From Bugula neritina (taxonomy: Eukaryota; Animalia; Bryozoa), in NCBI GenBank assembly GCA_964035545.1, contig OZ037766.1:6190722-6254721 (forward strand): 64,000 nucleotides of DNA, written 5' to 3'. Made by a program: the position numbers and the translations under genes. Positions 34,601-46,600 of this stretch are shown here, piece by piece. Under the pieces are notes generated by a model that saw only the letters and a list, made by a program, of their open reading frames with translations, was not told the origin of the DNA and searched no databases. The first letter of the stretch is position 1. Every line of letters begins with the position of its first letter.

Positions 34601-37600
34601 ATTTCATGTTTTTGGATGGCATATGCTTTGCTCTCTTGGGTTTGGAGCCTCACTGTTTAATTCCCAAGAAATTCATGCAAATGCAAAGCATAAAATAGGA
34701 ATTCTACACTTACCTTGTAGATTGTCTGCTATTGGTGTAGGCTGTAGAGGCTTCTAATATTTTATTTAGTATAATTGAGTTTCAGTGTTTGTTACATCTA
34801 TCTGCCTTTTCATGCATTACTTTCTCCTTGTGCTACAAAACATTAGCTAAAACTGGCAGTATACTAGCATACAGTATGCAGTGTCATAAGTATAGTATTC
34901 ATTATTGCTTCTCATCAATTTATAACAGGAACTGTAGCACCCAGGCTATGTATTCACAACTCTCAATGAATAAACAAAGTGTAAATTAGACTATAAGATA
35001 TTTTATGCAGTATTGGAGAAGTTGAGATAGCCTAAGTTCTTTAATTTTTGATGAATTCTGAGTTTGGGCCAACTAATACAAATAATAAAAGGCAAACTAA
35101 TACGAATAATTGAACTGTAACTACTCATCAAAGTAGCACATGGCTATAAAATATCTAATGCTTGTGTTTTCTCTTTCTCTGTGCTTTACGTTAGTGAGGT
35201 AATAGGCAGTTTTGGCTAGTTTAATGCCTGGTATCTAATACTTATTAGCGGTTATCAAACTTGACTTGTTAAACCACACTCCAAACTAATTTCAATGTAT
35301 GAAATAAAACTGGCATCGGTATGCAAGTAATATTATGCCAAATCTAAGTAATGCTATTATGTAGCTAAACTAATTAAGGTTAGTAAACAAAGATTATGCT
35401 GAAGAAAAGCTAGAAAGCCAAGCTATGAAATCTGAAAGCTATAGAAGATTCTAGAAAATAGGAAGCCTCTCCTTTGCTTTGAGTCAAGTAAAATGAAAGA
35501 TTGTTTTTATACCAGCTGATTATAGCTCAGTCAGCAGAATTCTGATAGTTGGAGAGATGTATGAGCTAAAAAAAAGTAGAGAATGGAAAGTTTAAAATAT
35601 TTAGGTTGATAGAGGTTTTTGAAATTTGAAAGTTTAACAAGTAAGAAGCATCAACAGTGAAGAATATAAAAAGTTACATTATGGCTTTTGGTGATTGTAC
35701 AGCAAGTAAAGTATTAGTAAAAATTACAGCAGTTGTAAATGAAATAATAGATAAGTGAGGATTTAAATACATTTCCTAAATTTTAATTGGATGCATCAAA
35801 TATAGTGAATCTCTTTGATTATTGGTTAGTGCAATTTGAACTACGTGTAGAAAGTGGAGCAATTTTAAATGGGTAGCATTATTATATATTGTAAGCTAGT
35901 TAGTGCATTTTGAGGTAGAGAAAACTCCAATAACTCGTGCAATAGGTTTCAATGTTTATAATGATAATTTGCAGGCAGTGGTGCTAGTAGCTCAACTACT
36001 ATTCATAGTATGGTTATTCGAATTTTAATTTGTTGCTGCTGCATAAACGCAGTGTGGTATAAAGCCATTGTAGTCTACTAATACTTTGTCGTATACAGAA
36101 ATTTTCCACAGTATGACTGGGCAGCAATATTAACTGCAGTGCATTAGAATTTCGCTTCCACTTATCATTTGTTATATAACTACAATTACTATTAGCTACC
36201 TGTCCATCAAAATTGTCACTATAGCAACTGGTATACAATTTATTTTAAAGTCAAGTTCTAGAATAATGATGAGTCTGCTTTTCAAATCAGCAAAATTTTG
36301 CATGACATTTCATAATGGAATTGAGTTAATGCCTGAACATATATAATTACTTTTGCAAGCATTGATGCTAGGTAATACTTAGAATTTAGTAAGTTAGTAA
36401 CCTTTAGGACAACTTTATATGTTTAGACAAGAGTAGGTAGTGTTATTAGAAATAAAATTTAATCTGAAAGCTAATTTTAAATCTTTAAATAACACAAATG
36501 ATCATTTTCTATATTACAACGATAACTAGTATTAAAAGATGTTACTTCTACACAAGTTTCAGTATATTAGAGTTGTTCTTCCTTAGACAAATAATGGCAA
36601 CTTATCTTAGTTCAAATCTCACCGCATTATTTACATCTGATACATGCAAATAATATGAAAAGGTGCAGTAATGGAAAAATTATGATATCAGTGTTCTATA
36701 GATAGGAAAAGTAGCAAAATAAGTTGTGTTCTTTAGAATCTCAACCTATTCCCACACCAAAATTCATTAGACAAGTTAAAGAACTTAGGTTAATAAATTT
36801 TCTCCATTACTGCACCTGAACAAAATATATTCCAGAGCTAGTTTTACCTAAGTAGAACATTCATATAGTGGACTAGGCAAGTTTATTTTCTGTTTACAAT
36901 AACACCTCTACACCAAGCTACACCTCACCAAAACTATACACCAAAAACATTACTTGGCTATGCAGCCTAACCTCTTCACTGGCACATGTTGCAAAGTGGC
37001 TGTATTTGAGAGCTAGGCACAGCTTGTCAGCAGAAAGCTCAGGTTATAGCTTTGCATACATTTCACTACAACACATCTTCAACCAATAATATGCATTAAA
37101 CCAGTTCTTATTGTCGCAAGTTTGTTGCTGCCTCTTCACTTAAAACTTCTTTCAATGTAAACTTTGACACAAATTGTTAATTTTGTTCATACGTACTGAA
37201 GAGATTTATTGGAAATTAAAGGAAGTTTATTCTTGTATGCATAAGAGAGAGAGATTGTATCTCTATACATCTTTTTACACTATTATGTTATTTGATACAA
37301 CTGAAATTCCTTGAAATTGTTTCTCTACAATTGGTTTTAATTTTACTTTTCATATGTGATTATAAGCAGCATTTGGGAAGTTGAGCATGAGTTGAATCTT
37401 TAAAAAGTTATGTTATCCAAGGATTGATTATACAATACCACATGCATTATGTAATGCAGTATGTAGTATAGAAATATCATAGAATATTATGTTACCCGAC
37501 CAGGTGTGTAGTTTATTTCTGCAGTTCCGTAGAATAACAAATAACATCAAGAAAAATGGTACACTGAAAATGCATTGGTGCATATAGTAAACAAAGAGAT

Positions 37601-40600
37601 TATAGCTTAAGGTCTGTCACAGCTTGAGAATAAAAATATTTAAAGCATAAGTTAATATATAAAAATAAGAGATTTGACTGCTTGAAAATAAACAGATAAT
37701 TTTGAAAAAAAGCAATCTACAAATAGGAGAATTGTAATTCTATGTATATAAACATTGAGAAATCATCATATATTATATTTTTATGCAAACCGAACACTAG
37801 TCCACTGGGCTATAAGCTGAAACTATTGCAAGGGAAACCATCTTGTAGTAGAAATCCCCCACCATATTTTATAACTTTGCATCTTTACAATGCAGCTCTT
37901 GCAGGGCTATTTGTAACACAATGCATCATGCTAAATGAGCTGCTAGTAGTTGACAAATAGAAACTGATGATTGAGTTAATAATACAGCGCTTTGTGCTAT
38001 TATTCTTCATAATAGTTCTCTTATTTCGTCTATCATTGGATATCATAAAGTCGATGCTGATAACTAGTTGACTGTGTTGAGTCATTTAGGACCACTTTCA
38101 CTTACGTGCTCATGCAGTTAGGTTGAGTTTATCTTTTAGAAAGCATTGTTCCTTGAACTAGTATCTGCTACATTGATATAATAGCATAAGAAAAGCTGTT
38201 ATCAAAAAGTCAGCAAAGGATAAAGTTAAGTTTCATTGAACAATATTAGTTGCTGCTGAAAGGTGAGGATGTGTGGGTGTGAGTAATTAATGTTAAACAT
38301 GAATGGGGCAACTTGTTTTACTGCTGTTTTTATTATTTTCATACAGGTTAAATTATATATAAAAAATATTTCCCTCAAAATCTCCATTACTGCACCTAGC
38401 TGGAGGTTTTATGAGCTTACATTATGAGCTACTTGCTAAGAAAGCATTAGCACATGTCTTAACTATTTGGAAAGGCTTGTTCTGCACATTTTTTTAATTG
38501 TAGTTATCTTTCCTTGTAACGGACCTTTACCCAAAAAATGTTGTAGATCTTCAAAAAATATGACGCTATAACATCGAATTTTACTAATTGGAAAAAAATG
38601 ACCAGGGATTTCTGTACTGCAAATTCCTTTTAGTTTCTTAGGTGAAACTACTTTGTAGGATAAACTGTTGATAGTTAAACTATTTTGTCATTTATTTTTG
38701 GTGCCAATACAGTTTTCTAAGTAAAGAAACAATTTTTTGCAAGCAGCGACTGAAAATAAGTCGTTTTGGTTTTAGTTAAATATTATCTGGATTATGCTAG
38801 AATTTTTAACTGTGCTTACAAAGCTATATTAAGATTATGGATTATTTTTTAAAAGGTATGCTAAATTGCAGCAAAAAAATAAATGTAGTTTTTAAAAGCT
38901 ACACTTAGGATGAAAGCTTATGTTGGTGTTGCAAACTAGGAAAATATATCTCAGGGACTAGTTACTGTGAAAAAACTGAAAGATTCTTGGTAAATCATTA
39001 ATTTATTAGTAATAAACTAAATCCTTGAAGGCTGAGCCAGTGTTCAAAAAAATTTTTAATACGAAAGTTTAGGCATTGAGGTTTTAAAAAGACCATCTTA
39101 TCAGTGACCATTATCTGCCATAGCTCAAACTTTACTTCAAAAATGTCCATTTACTTTGACCTATTTATTTTCAAGTATATAATTTTGGTGTTGATTATTA
39201 CTTTTTTAGGAATCATCACCAAAGGCCACAAGCCTACCTCGAAGAAAAAGGCGTATCGTTGAACGATACCAAGTAATTCACGACTACAAAGGGAAAAAAA
39301 GATCTGCTTTGGATTATCAACCGGAGCCATTAAAATCAAAAAAGAAATCCCAGAAAATCACTGCAGATTCCTTGACACTACCACAACCTTCTGCTAAAAA
39401 AAGTTTACAAACTTCCTTTAAGACTGTAATGATTCCAGATTCCACTACTGAATCTCCAACTCTAACTCCTTCAATCGAATCACCATCTGAACTCTTTTCA
39501 GACTCTATTCACGGTGAAGAAAAGAACATGCTTAAGCAAACTCATCAGAACAAGTCCTCTAATCTCCCCTCTATTGAAGATGAAATTGTAATCATCAAGC
39601 AAGCAGAGCCCCAACAGAAATCTCATAGCAGCACAGTTCCAAGTAAAAGTGAAACTTCTAACCTGCAGTTCGACCATGCAAATGATGATGCAATAGAAAA
39701 GAAAGTGTCAAAAAGTTGCTCAGTTACACCAGAATTGAACAAAAAGTCCTCTTCTGGAAAGAAAAATTTACAAAAAAATGTTTCTGAAAAAGAAACTTGT
39801 AATAAAAGTGCCAATAGCTCATTTTCAACAGAAAATGAAGACGAACCATCTTCGGAAAATCAGCCCCTTTTAAATAGACGTGAAAAACGTAAGATATACC
39901 AAACAAACTTTTATCAAGTTGTTTATCCTCAGCCAAAGCGGAAAAAAGGAGAAGAGTCTGTGGATCGAAAAAAGCCAAAGCAGTCCACAAAAAGCAACAG
40001 CACTGCCAGCCAAAATAAACGTGGAAAGGGAAGAGATAATCTCATCAAAGACATTTCATCTATAAATAGCAGAGATGAGGAGAAGGAAGCTGGTCAAGCT
40101 GCTGAAAACTCTCAAATAGCTCCAAGCGTTGACACTGAAGAATCAAAGCTAAAAGCTACTAATCAGGAATCAAAATCTGAAAAGGTGAGGCAAGCCAAAA
40201 TTTTGATTAATGGTAATCAAATGGGTAAAACTAAAAAGCAGTTAAATGCTGTTCCTTGCCCATTGGGTTAATTAAGGTCCAGTTTAAGATAGGAATATCA
40301 ATTTTGATTTATCTTTGCAGCTCGGACAAGTTTTATATTAGTAGACTAAATGCATATGATGATTGTAATGTGTGTAGTAAAGGAGTAATTAGTATTAGTC
40401 AACTTGTTGAACTTGAAACTGTCAATAAATATTGAATAATTTATTTACAGCTACCTGTACTTTAAAATGTTTTAAAGACAAGTAAACAGGCTAAAGTGTT
40501 GCTTAGTTTTGGCACCCATCTCTATATACAGTATCTGTAATAATATTGTACTAAATAGGTGTTTATAAAAATAGCACGCCAGTTCTGCATAATACGCCAA

Positions 40601-43600
40601 AAGATATCATGCTAGAATCTAGATAAACCTGCCCTATACTCTTTATGTAGAGAGCAAGCTATACTTTTAGCAACTAGATAGCAAGGATACTCAAGAGAAG
40701 GCAAGTGAGAAAGCTGAGTCAGAAGAACCAGAGTTGGAAGAAAGTGGGAGCAAGGGCAGGATTGTGTGGGGGAAGCTGACAGCGAGGTGTAAACCATGGC
40801 CAGGTGTAACTATTAGAGGTTCAGATGCTGCCCAAGTAGCTGCCAGTCCTGAGAACCAGTGGATCTTCTGGTACGGGGAGCATAAAGTCTCCGAGGTAAG
40901 AATTGTTCTTTAGGTTCATAATAATTATAGCTTTACAACTTGGAAAAACTTAAAAAAAAACAAGAAGTATTTGATAATATAGCAGGCTGAGGCTGCGACT
41001 TATGTTCAGTTATACTGTGCTATGACATCATACTTGAACAAGTTGGGTGTAGATATCACAATGGATATGGTGATGAAAACTTAGTGCAAAGGGTTATTAA
41101 TAACTGACCACAATTGATGCAAAATGACATATTTTTGTGTGAGCTGATTACATATTCTGTACTCAATAACTAGTTGAAGTTTTCAGTGTATGAAAGGCTA
41201 GTAGTAAGTTGAATAAAGGTGACATGAATAATAACTTGTCAATGCTAGATTATTTTCTAACCACAATATTACCAAATGTTGATTGAAGTTTTATTATCTT
41301 CAAGTAAGACACCAAACTTGCAGTGGAATTTATATGAATGAATACTTGCAATATATTATATACTTCAAGGCATGCAGTCACAGCTACCATTTTTTATGTT
41401 TACTACTAAGTAACTATATCTTTAGGTTCAGTTGAGTCGACTTCAGAGCTTTGACACTGGATTTTCAAAGTCATTTAAGCTGGGGTCTGGAAACACCTAC
41501 ACTAAGGCGGTAGTTGAGGCCCTCTCGGACTGCTGGGAGCTGCTGGCAGAAACCCAGGCTACAAAGAATCAAAAGCTTCCGGAAGACATAGACCAGTTTT
41601 TGGATTGGGCAAGGCAGCATTTCACAGATGAAAAGTCTATTCTGCCTGAAGGAAGAGGTGAACCATTTGTTTATTCTGTTGATTTATTAAAGGGCTTTTA
41701 TGTGATTAGGCGAAATATCAACCAAGATAGAGAAATTCACTTGGCAAAACTTTGGCAGAGGGACAAAAATTGCCCATCATAGTCAGTTTTACCACAAAAC
41801 AAAAAAATTATTTACTTCTGACTATTACATACACATACTTTCTAGATGCAGCTTATTGTAAACCAATATTTGCTGTACTACTGTACAGTGAACAGCTACG
41901 TTTACTTCCCCTAATGGCTGTCTATTAAACAGTCACATTCTAGAAGATAAACTAGTCAATTCATCTTCTTATGCTTCACCAGTCACTGTGGATTTGTAGA
42001 GTTACTTTCTTTTGAATGAGTATATTTTACCATAGGTATAAAACTATCTAAATTTATTATTGCAATTTTAAGATTGATGGAATTTAAGTGATTTAATTTA
42101 AATTTCAATTGAAAATTTTAAATTAAAAAAAAGTTTTTTTCCACAAAGAGGCCACAATACTGACCATTTTTTGTGTTTTTTTTAGTCAGCAAATTTGTGT
42201 CTGCGAAACTAGCGTACATCGTAGAAACAATCAACAACGCTGAAGAGTCTACGGACTTCGAGGAAGATGACGATGACGAGGATTTCCAAAAGAAAAAGCA
42301 ACCATCCAAGTCGAAAAAAGTAGTTCATCAGCCAAAGCAGCCTTCCAGAGGTGAAATATGATGAACTAGGGTTAAATACAAAAAACTTATAAGCATTTCA
42401 TCCCAAAGTTACATTCATAAGGCAAATGATCTATCCATAGATAATTTTTCCCTAAGCTAATTAAGATAAAAAAAATTCTTTATAAATTTAGAGTTGTATT
42501 CTCATGAAAAAGTATATTGCAAATTATAGTTTTAGTATTAGTAGTCTCACATAAGATTATCTGCTTTAGATGCAGTAATGTGTTTTTATTTCTCCATTAC
42601 ATTATATGAAAGGACATCTATTGAGACCCCCTTTGTACTTCCCCTTCAGAGGAATAGGCTGCTATTCATCAACTTAACTTGCAAGGTGCTACTGTATGTA
42701 ATTATTGGTCTTGGCTCTTCCAGTTAAAGCAGCTGCTAAAGTCAGAGCCCAAGATCTTGAAATAGAAGACATTTGCTTAGCCTGTGGTTTTGAGAAGACA
42801 CCCGAGTCCAACATTCGGCCACATCCCCTTTTCATTGGAGGACTCTGTGATGAATGTCTGGTAAGGGAAATACTTGTATGAAATAAAATTATTATAGTTT
42901 AAACTATCACATGATATTAAACATGCATTATTTGTATTGCATATAAAATGAAACCTTTATTGTTTATACTGTCCTAATTAACATATCTTCGAAAAAATGC
43001 AAAAGTTGCACATATTTTGTTTAAAAAATGAAAGAGCTGCACTTTACACAGCTTTGTTAGAAATTAGCAAAATAGTATAAAATTAAACTGGCTTCAAAAG
43101 CTAAAGCCTTATTTTTATTCGTTTCTGTTAGTATTGCAGTAAAAAGTAGTAATGGCTGCTCTGGGCTGTTTCTTTCATGCCAAAAACTGACGATATTAAA
43201 AATGTCAAAAACTTGCCCCAGCCAGTTTATATTGTGGCCATCTCTCAAGTATTAAAAATGTACATAAAGTTATCTCCTTTTTTGTGTTGGTATGGTTATA
43301 ATAAAAAGGTTTTGCCTTCATAAATGTGATTTATTGTTAGCTTGCTTTGTTTGAAGCTAATGGTGCACTGAGACTTTCTCGGGCCGTTGGCAAATTTCCT
43401 TGCAAGATGTTGTCTAATAAGATTTCTGGCTATAAATAGTTACGGTTGTTTTATATTGTTGGTAAACAATTGAATTGGTAGTTTAGGCCTGCTGTAGTAG
43501 CAATCATGCAAATGCAAATAAAAGTGAAACACCTGTCAACAGAAAAAATAGCTAAATCAGTGGCAACACCGTTCTAGAGTGGAAAAAAGATGTGCATGCG

Positions 43601-46600
43601 TTTACCCGTTTACCGCACGTATAAAGTATAAAAAAATTATTTCTTGTATGTATTTGTGAAACTACCTGTATAAAATTTTCTTCAACGGACATCTTTAAAC
43701 CATATAAAGATTGCAAAATACTGAAGCCAAATTGTTATTCGATGCCAATTTTTAGCCCAATAAAAAGCGATTTAAAACAAAAAACTTGGAAATTGAGTTA
43801 TATCCAAGTAGCATCCTGTACAAAAATGCTCAGCAGAAGAAATTGTGCAGATGACATGCCTTTTAAATTACGACACATAATTCATAATGTCGTGATATTT
43901 CTATTTCAATATTGTTGTAGGATGTAATCCGGAGCACAGCTTTCTCCTACGGAGCAGACGGATGTATGTCCTACTGTGCCATCTGCGGAGGGGGAGGATC
44001 CCTGCTCGTCTGTGACAAGGAAAACTGCGGCAGGTATACTGTAAAAGCTAACTCTGAAAACCTGCTGAGAATTCCTGTATTTTTTGTTGCTTTTGTATAT
44101 TGCCTTTCGCATCTTTTTATAGTTTTGCTTTTTAGCTATAAAGAATCTGATAATTTTAAAAATTTGATTTCTTATTTCGGTTTTGACTCAAATGTTTCGG
44201 CGAAATGCTGGCCTTACAGCTTTGAAAGTAAAATGTGGAGTATAATAATTATTCCCTTGGTGAAATACATTTTAAAAAGTAGTTAAATTGCTTGTAATAG
44301 AGATTTGTGAGGATGCATTGTATGTAAACTGTGAAACAGCTTGAATCACAATCAAATAGGCTTCTGGTCCCACACAACAACACTGGTGTCAGGACAGATG
44401 TTCTAATACTCAGGGTGTGTGTTATGTAATCGCATTAGTGAATGGTGTTTAAACTGTCATATTTGCCAATGAGCTAAATAACACATTTATTCTTTTTAAT
44501 TGCTGCTTTATGCAGTTTAATTGTCTCTATACAAGACCTTCAAACCTGTTAATAAGCGGTGAATAGTTAGCAATCTATTTTAAAATTAAGCAAAATTATA
44601 AAATAAGGAAGAGTGAGTTGCTCTCATTCTTTCAGCTAATAAATCATTTTATTAAAATTACAGCAGCTGGTTTCTGACAACACCAGCTGAAAACATAAAT
44701 ACGCTATTGTGTTGTCACAAGCATGAGCAGATGTGAAGCTTTTCTATTGGCCAAATTGAAAGTCAATTATCAGTCTGTTTTAAAGTCATGGGAAAATTTG
44801 AATTAACACCCAATTACTGTCTTTCTGCCAATAGATAATTTGAAAAATACTTTTGCATTCATATGCACAAAAGATAATAAAATTGTAATATATAATTGTG
44901 GTTGTAGCACTGAGTAGTTGGGTTATATGTATTGCATTTGGTAGTCAAAATATTAAACACATTTGCAAAAAAGTTAGTATATTAAATATCACTTTCGTAG
45001 TGCCTTATTTTTGAGGTATCATTTGCCAACAGGTTTGAAACTGATATGTTCAGATAACTCTGCACTGCCTTACGACTGAACTAGGTGTGAAAAATTAGGA
45101 GTTATGACCATATATTTTCAGGACATACTGCACGGATTGCTTAGTAGAACTGGGCAGTGACGATGTGGTAACTGCAGTAGAGGAATGCGACCCTTGGAGT
45201 TGTTTCCTTTGTGAACCTGCGACATTCCCCGAATTGCTCATTAAAAGAAGGCAGGATTCACAGCAGAGACTACTAGAGATTTTTCAAAAGCCGTCCATTT
45301 TGCATAACGTGAGTTTGCATTGTAAAAGCCATCGCCTGGTGATCATTTTCTTGACTGATTTCTGAATAGAAACGATAAATTATTTTATATTAATGTTAAA
45401 ATTTAAAATATTTAGCTTTAAAAGCAATTCGCCAATCCAAGTAAAAGTTTTAATTTTATAATCCTGTTGGCTATCTCCAGCTTTTATGTAGGTTACTTTG
45501 GGAATGCATTACGTTTTCGAAGACTTGCAGCTAATTAAAATTTGATCCAGCCTAACAACTAAACTAGATTTGCATCGGAAAATTTTCATTTAATAACATC
45601 TTTTATCAGCAGCAAGCATCTGCAATACACTCAACATATTGATGACTTGTAGGTTCCAAAAATCACAGAGGGCTCAAAGCTGCGGGTGCTTTCATTATTC
45701 GATGGAATTGGAACAGCAAAAGTGGTACTCGAAAATCTCAACTTAGACATTGAAGCATATTATTCCGTGGAAATAGAGGATGATGCTATTCAAGTTGTCC
45801 GTAGACATCATGGTGATGTCCACCAGCTGGGAGATATTAGATCTCTCACAGAAGAAAAAGTAAGAAGCTGAACATTTAAAAAAAACAAATTTTATTACAA
45901 TAATTTGATTAGTTAATTTGAGTTTATGAAACAGAGAAGTGATAATGGTTTGTGCCTAGTTGTATTTAGTAGATGTGCTTTAGATACCTATTCAATATAT
46001 TTAATATGTTTTGCTAAAGGTCGACTATCTAGTATTAGGCATAATTGCATTAGAGTTTAGTTCTTTCTATCTGAGCTCTACAAAACTTGGGAATGTGTTA
46101 TATTTTCCAGAATGTGAAGCTTTGTAGCTGCATGGAATGAATATTCATACCATTTTCTTAGTACACCTGCGAATTGTTTTATTGCAGATCCAGCTGGGTG
46201 TTTAAAGGGTGTCATTGCTGGTGACGGTTTAAATTTTGCGGGTGGAAATAAAAATGAGTAAAAGTAAAATTATCAGCTTCTATGTTTATTGCAGCTGGCA
46301 GAACTTGGCCGAATTGACCTGCTGGTTGGCGGATCACCGTGCAATGACCTGGCTTGTGTGAACCCAGCTAGGAAAGGCTTATATGGTAGCTACTTATACG
46401 TAGTGTAAAAGCCTTGAAAAGAAATTGTTTTTAAAAGATGGAAAACATGGCTATTTAGGGCTCTTCAAGCCAGTCGAATATAGTGTTTAGTGTCTATTTT
46501 AATTACTAAGTTTATAAATCAGTAGTCTAACTATGCAAGTTTACAAAGTATGCTAGTATAATTACTGCATAACTTAGATTTCCCTGGAGAAGCAGCTTAT

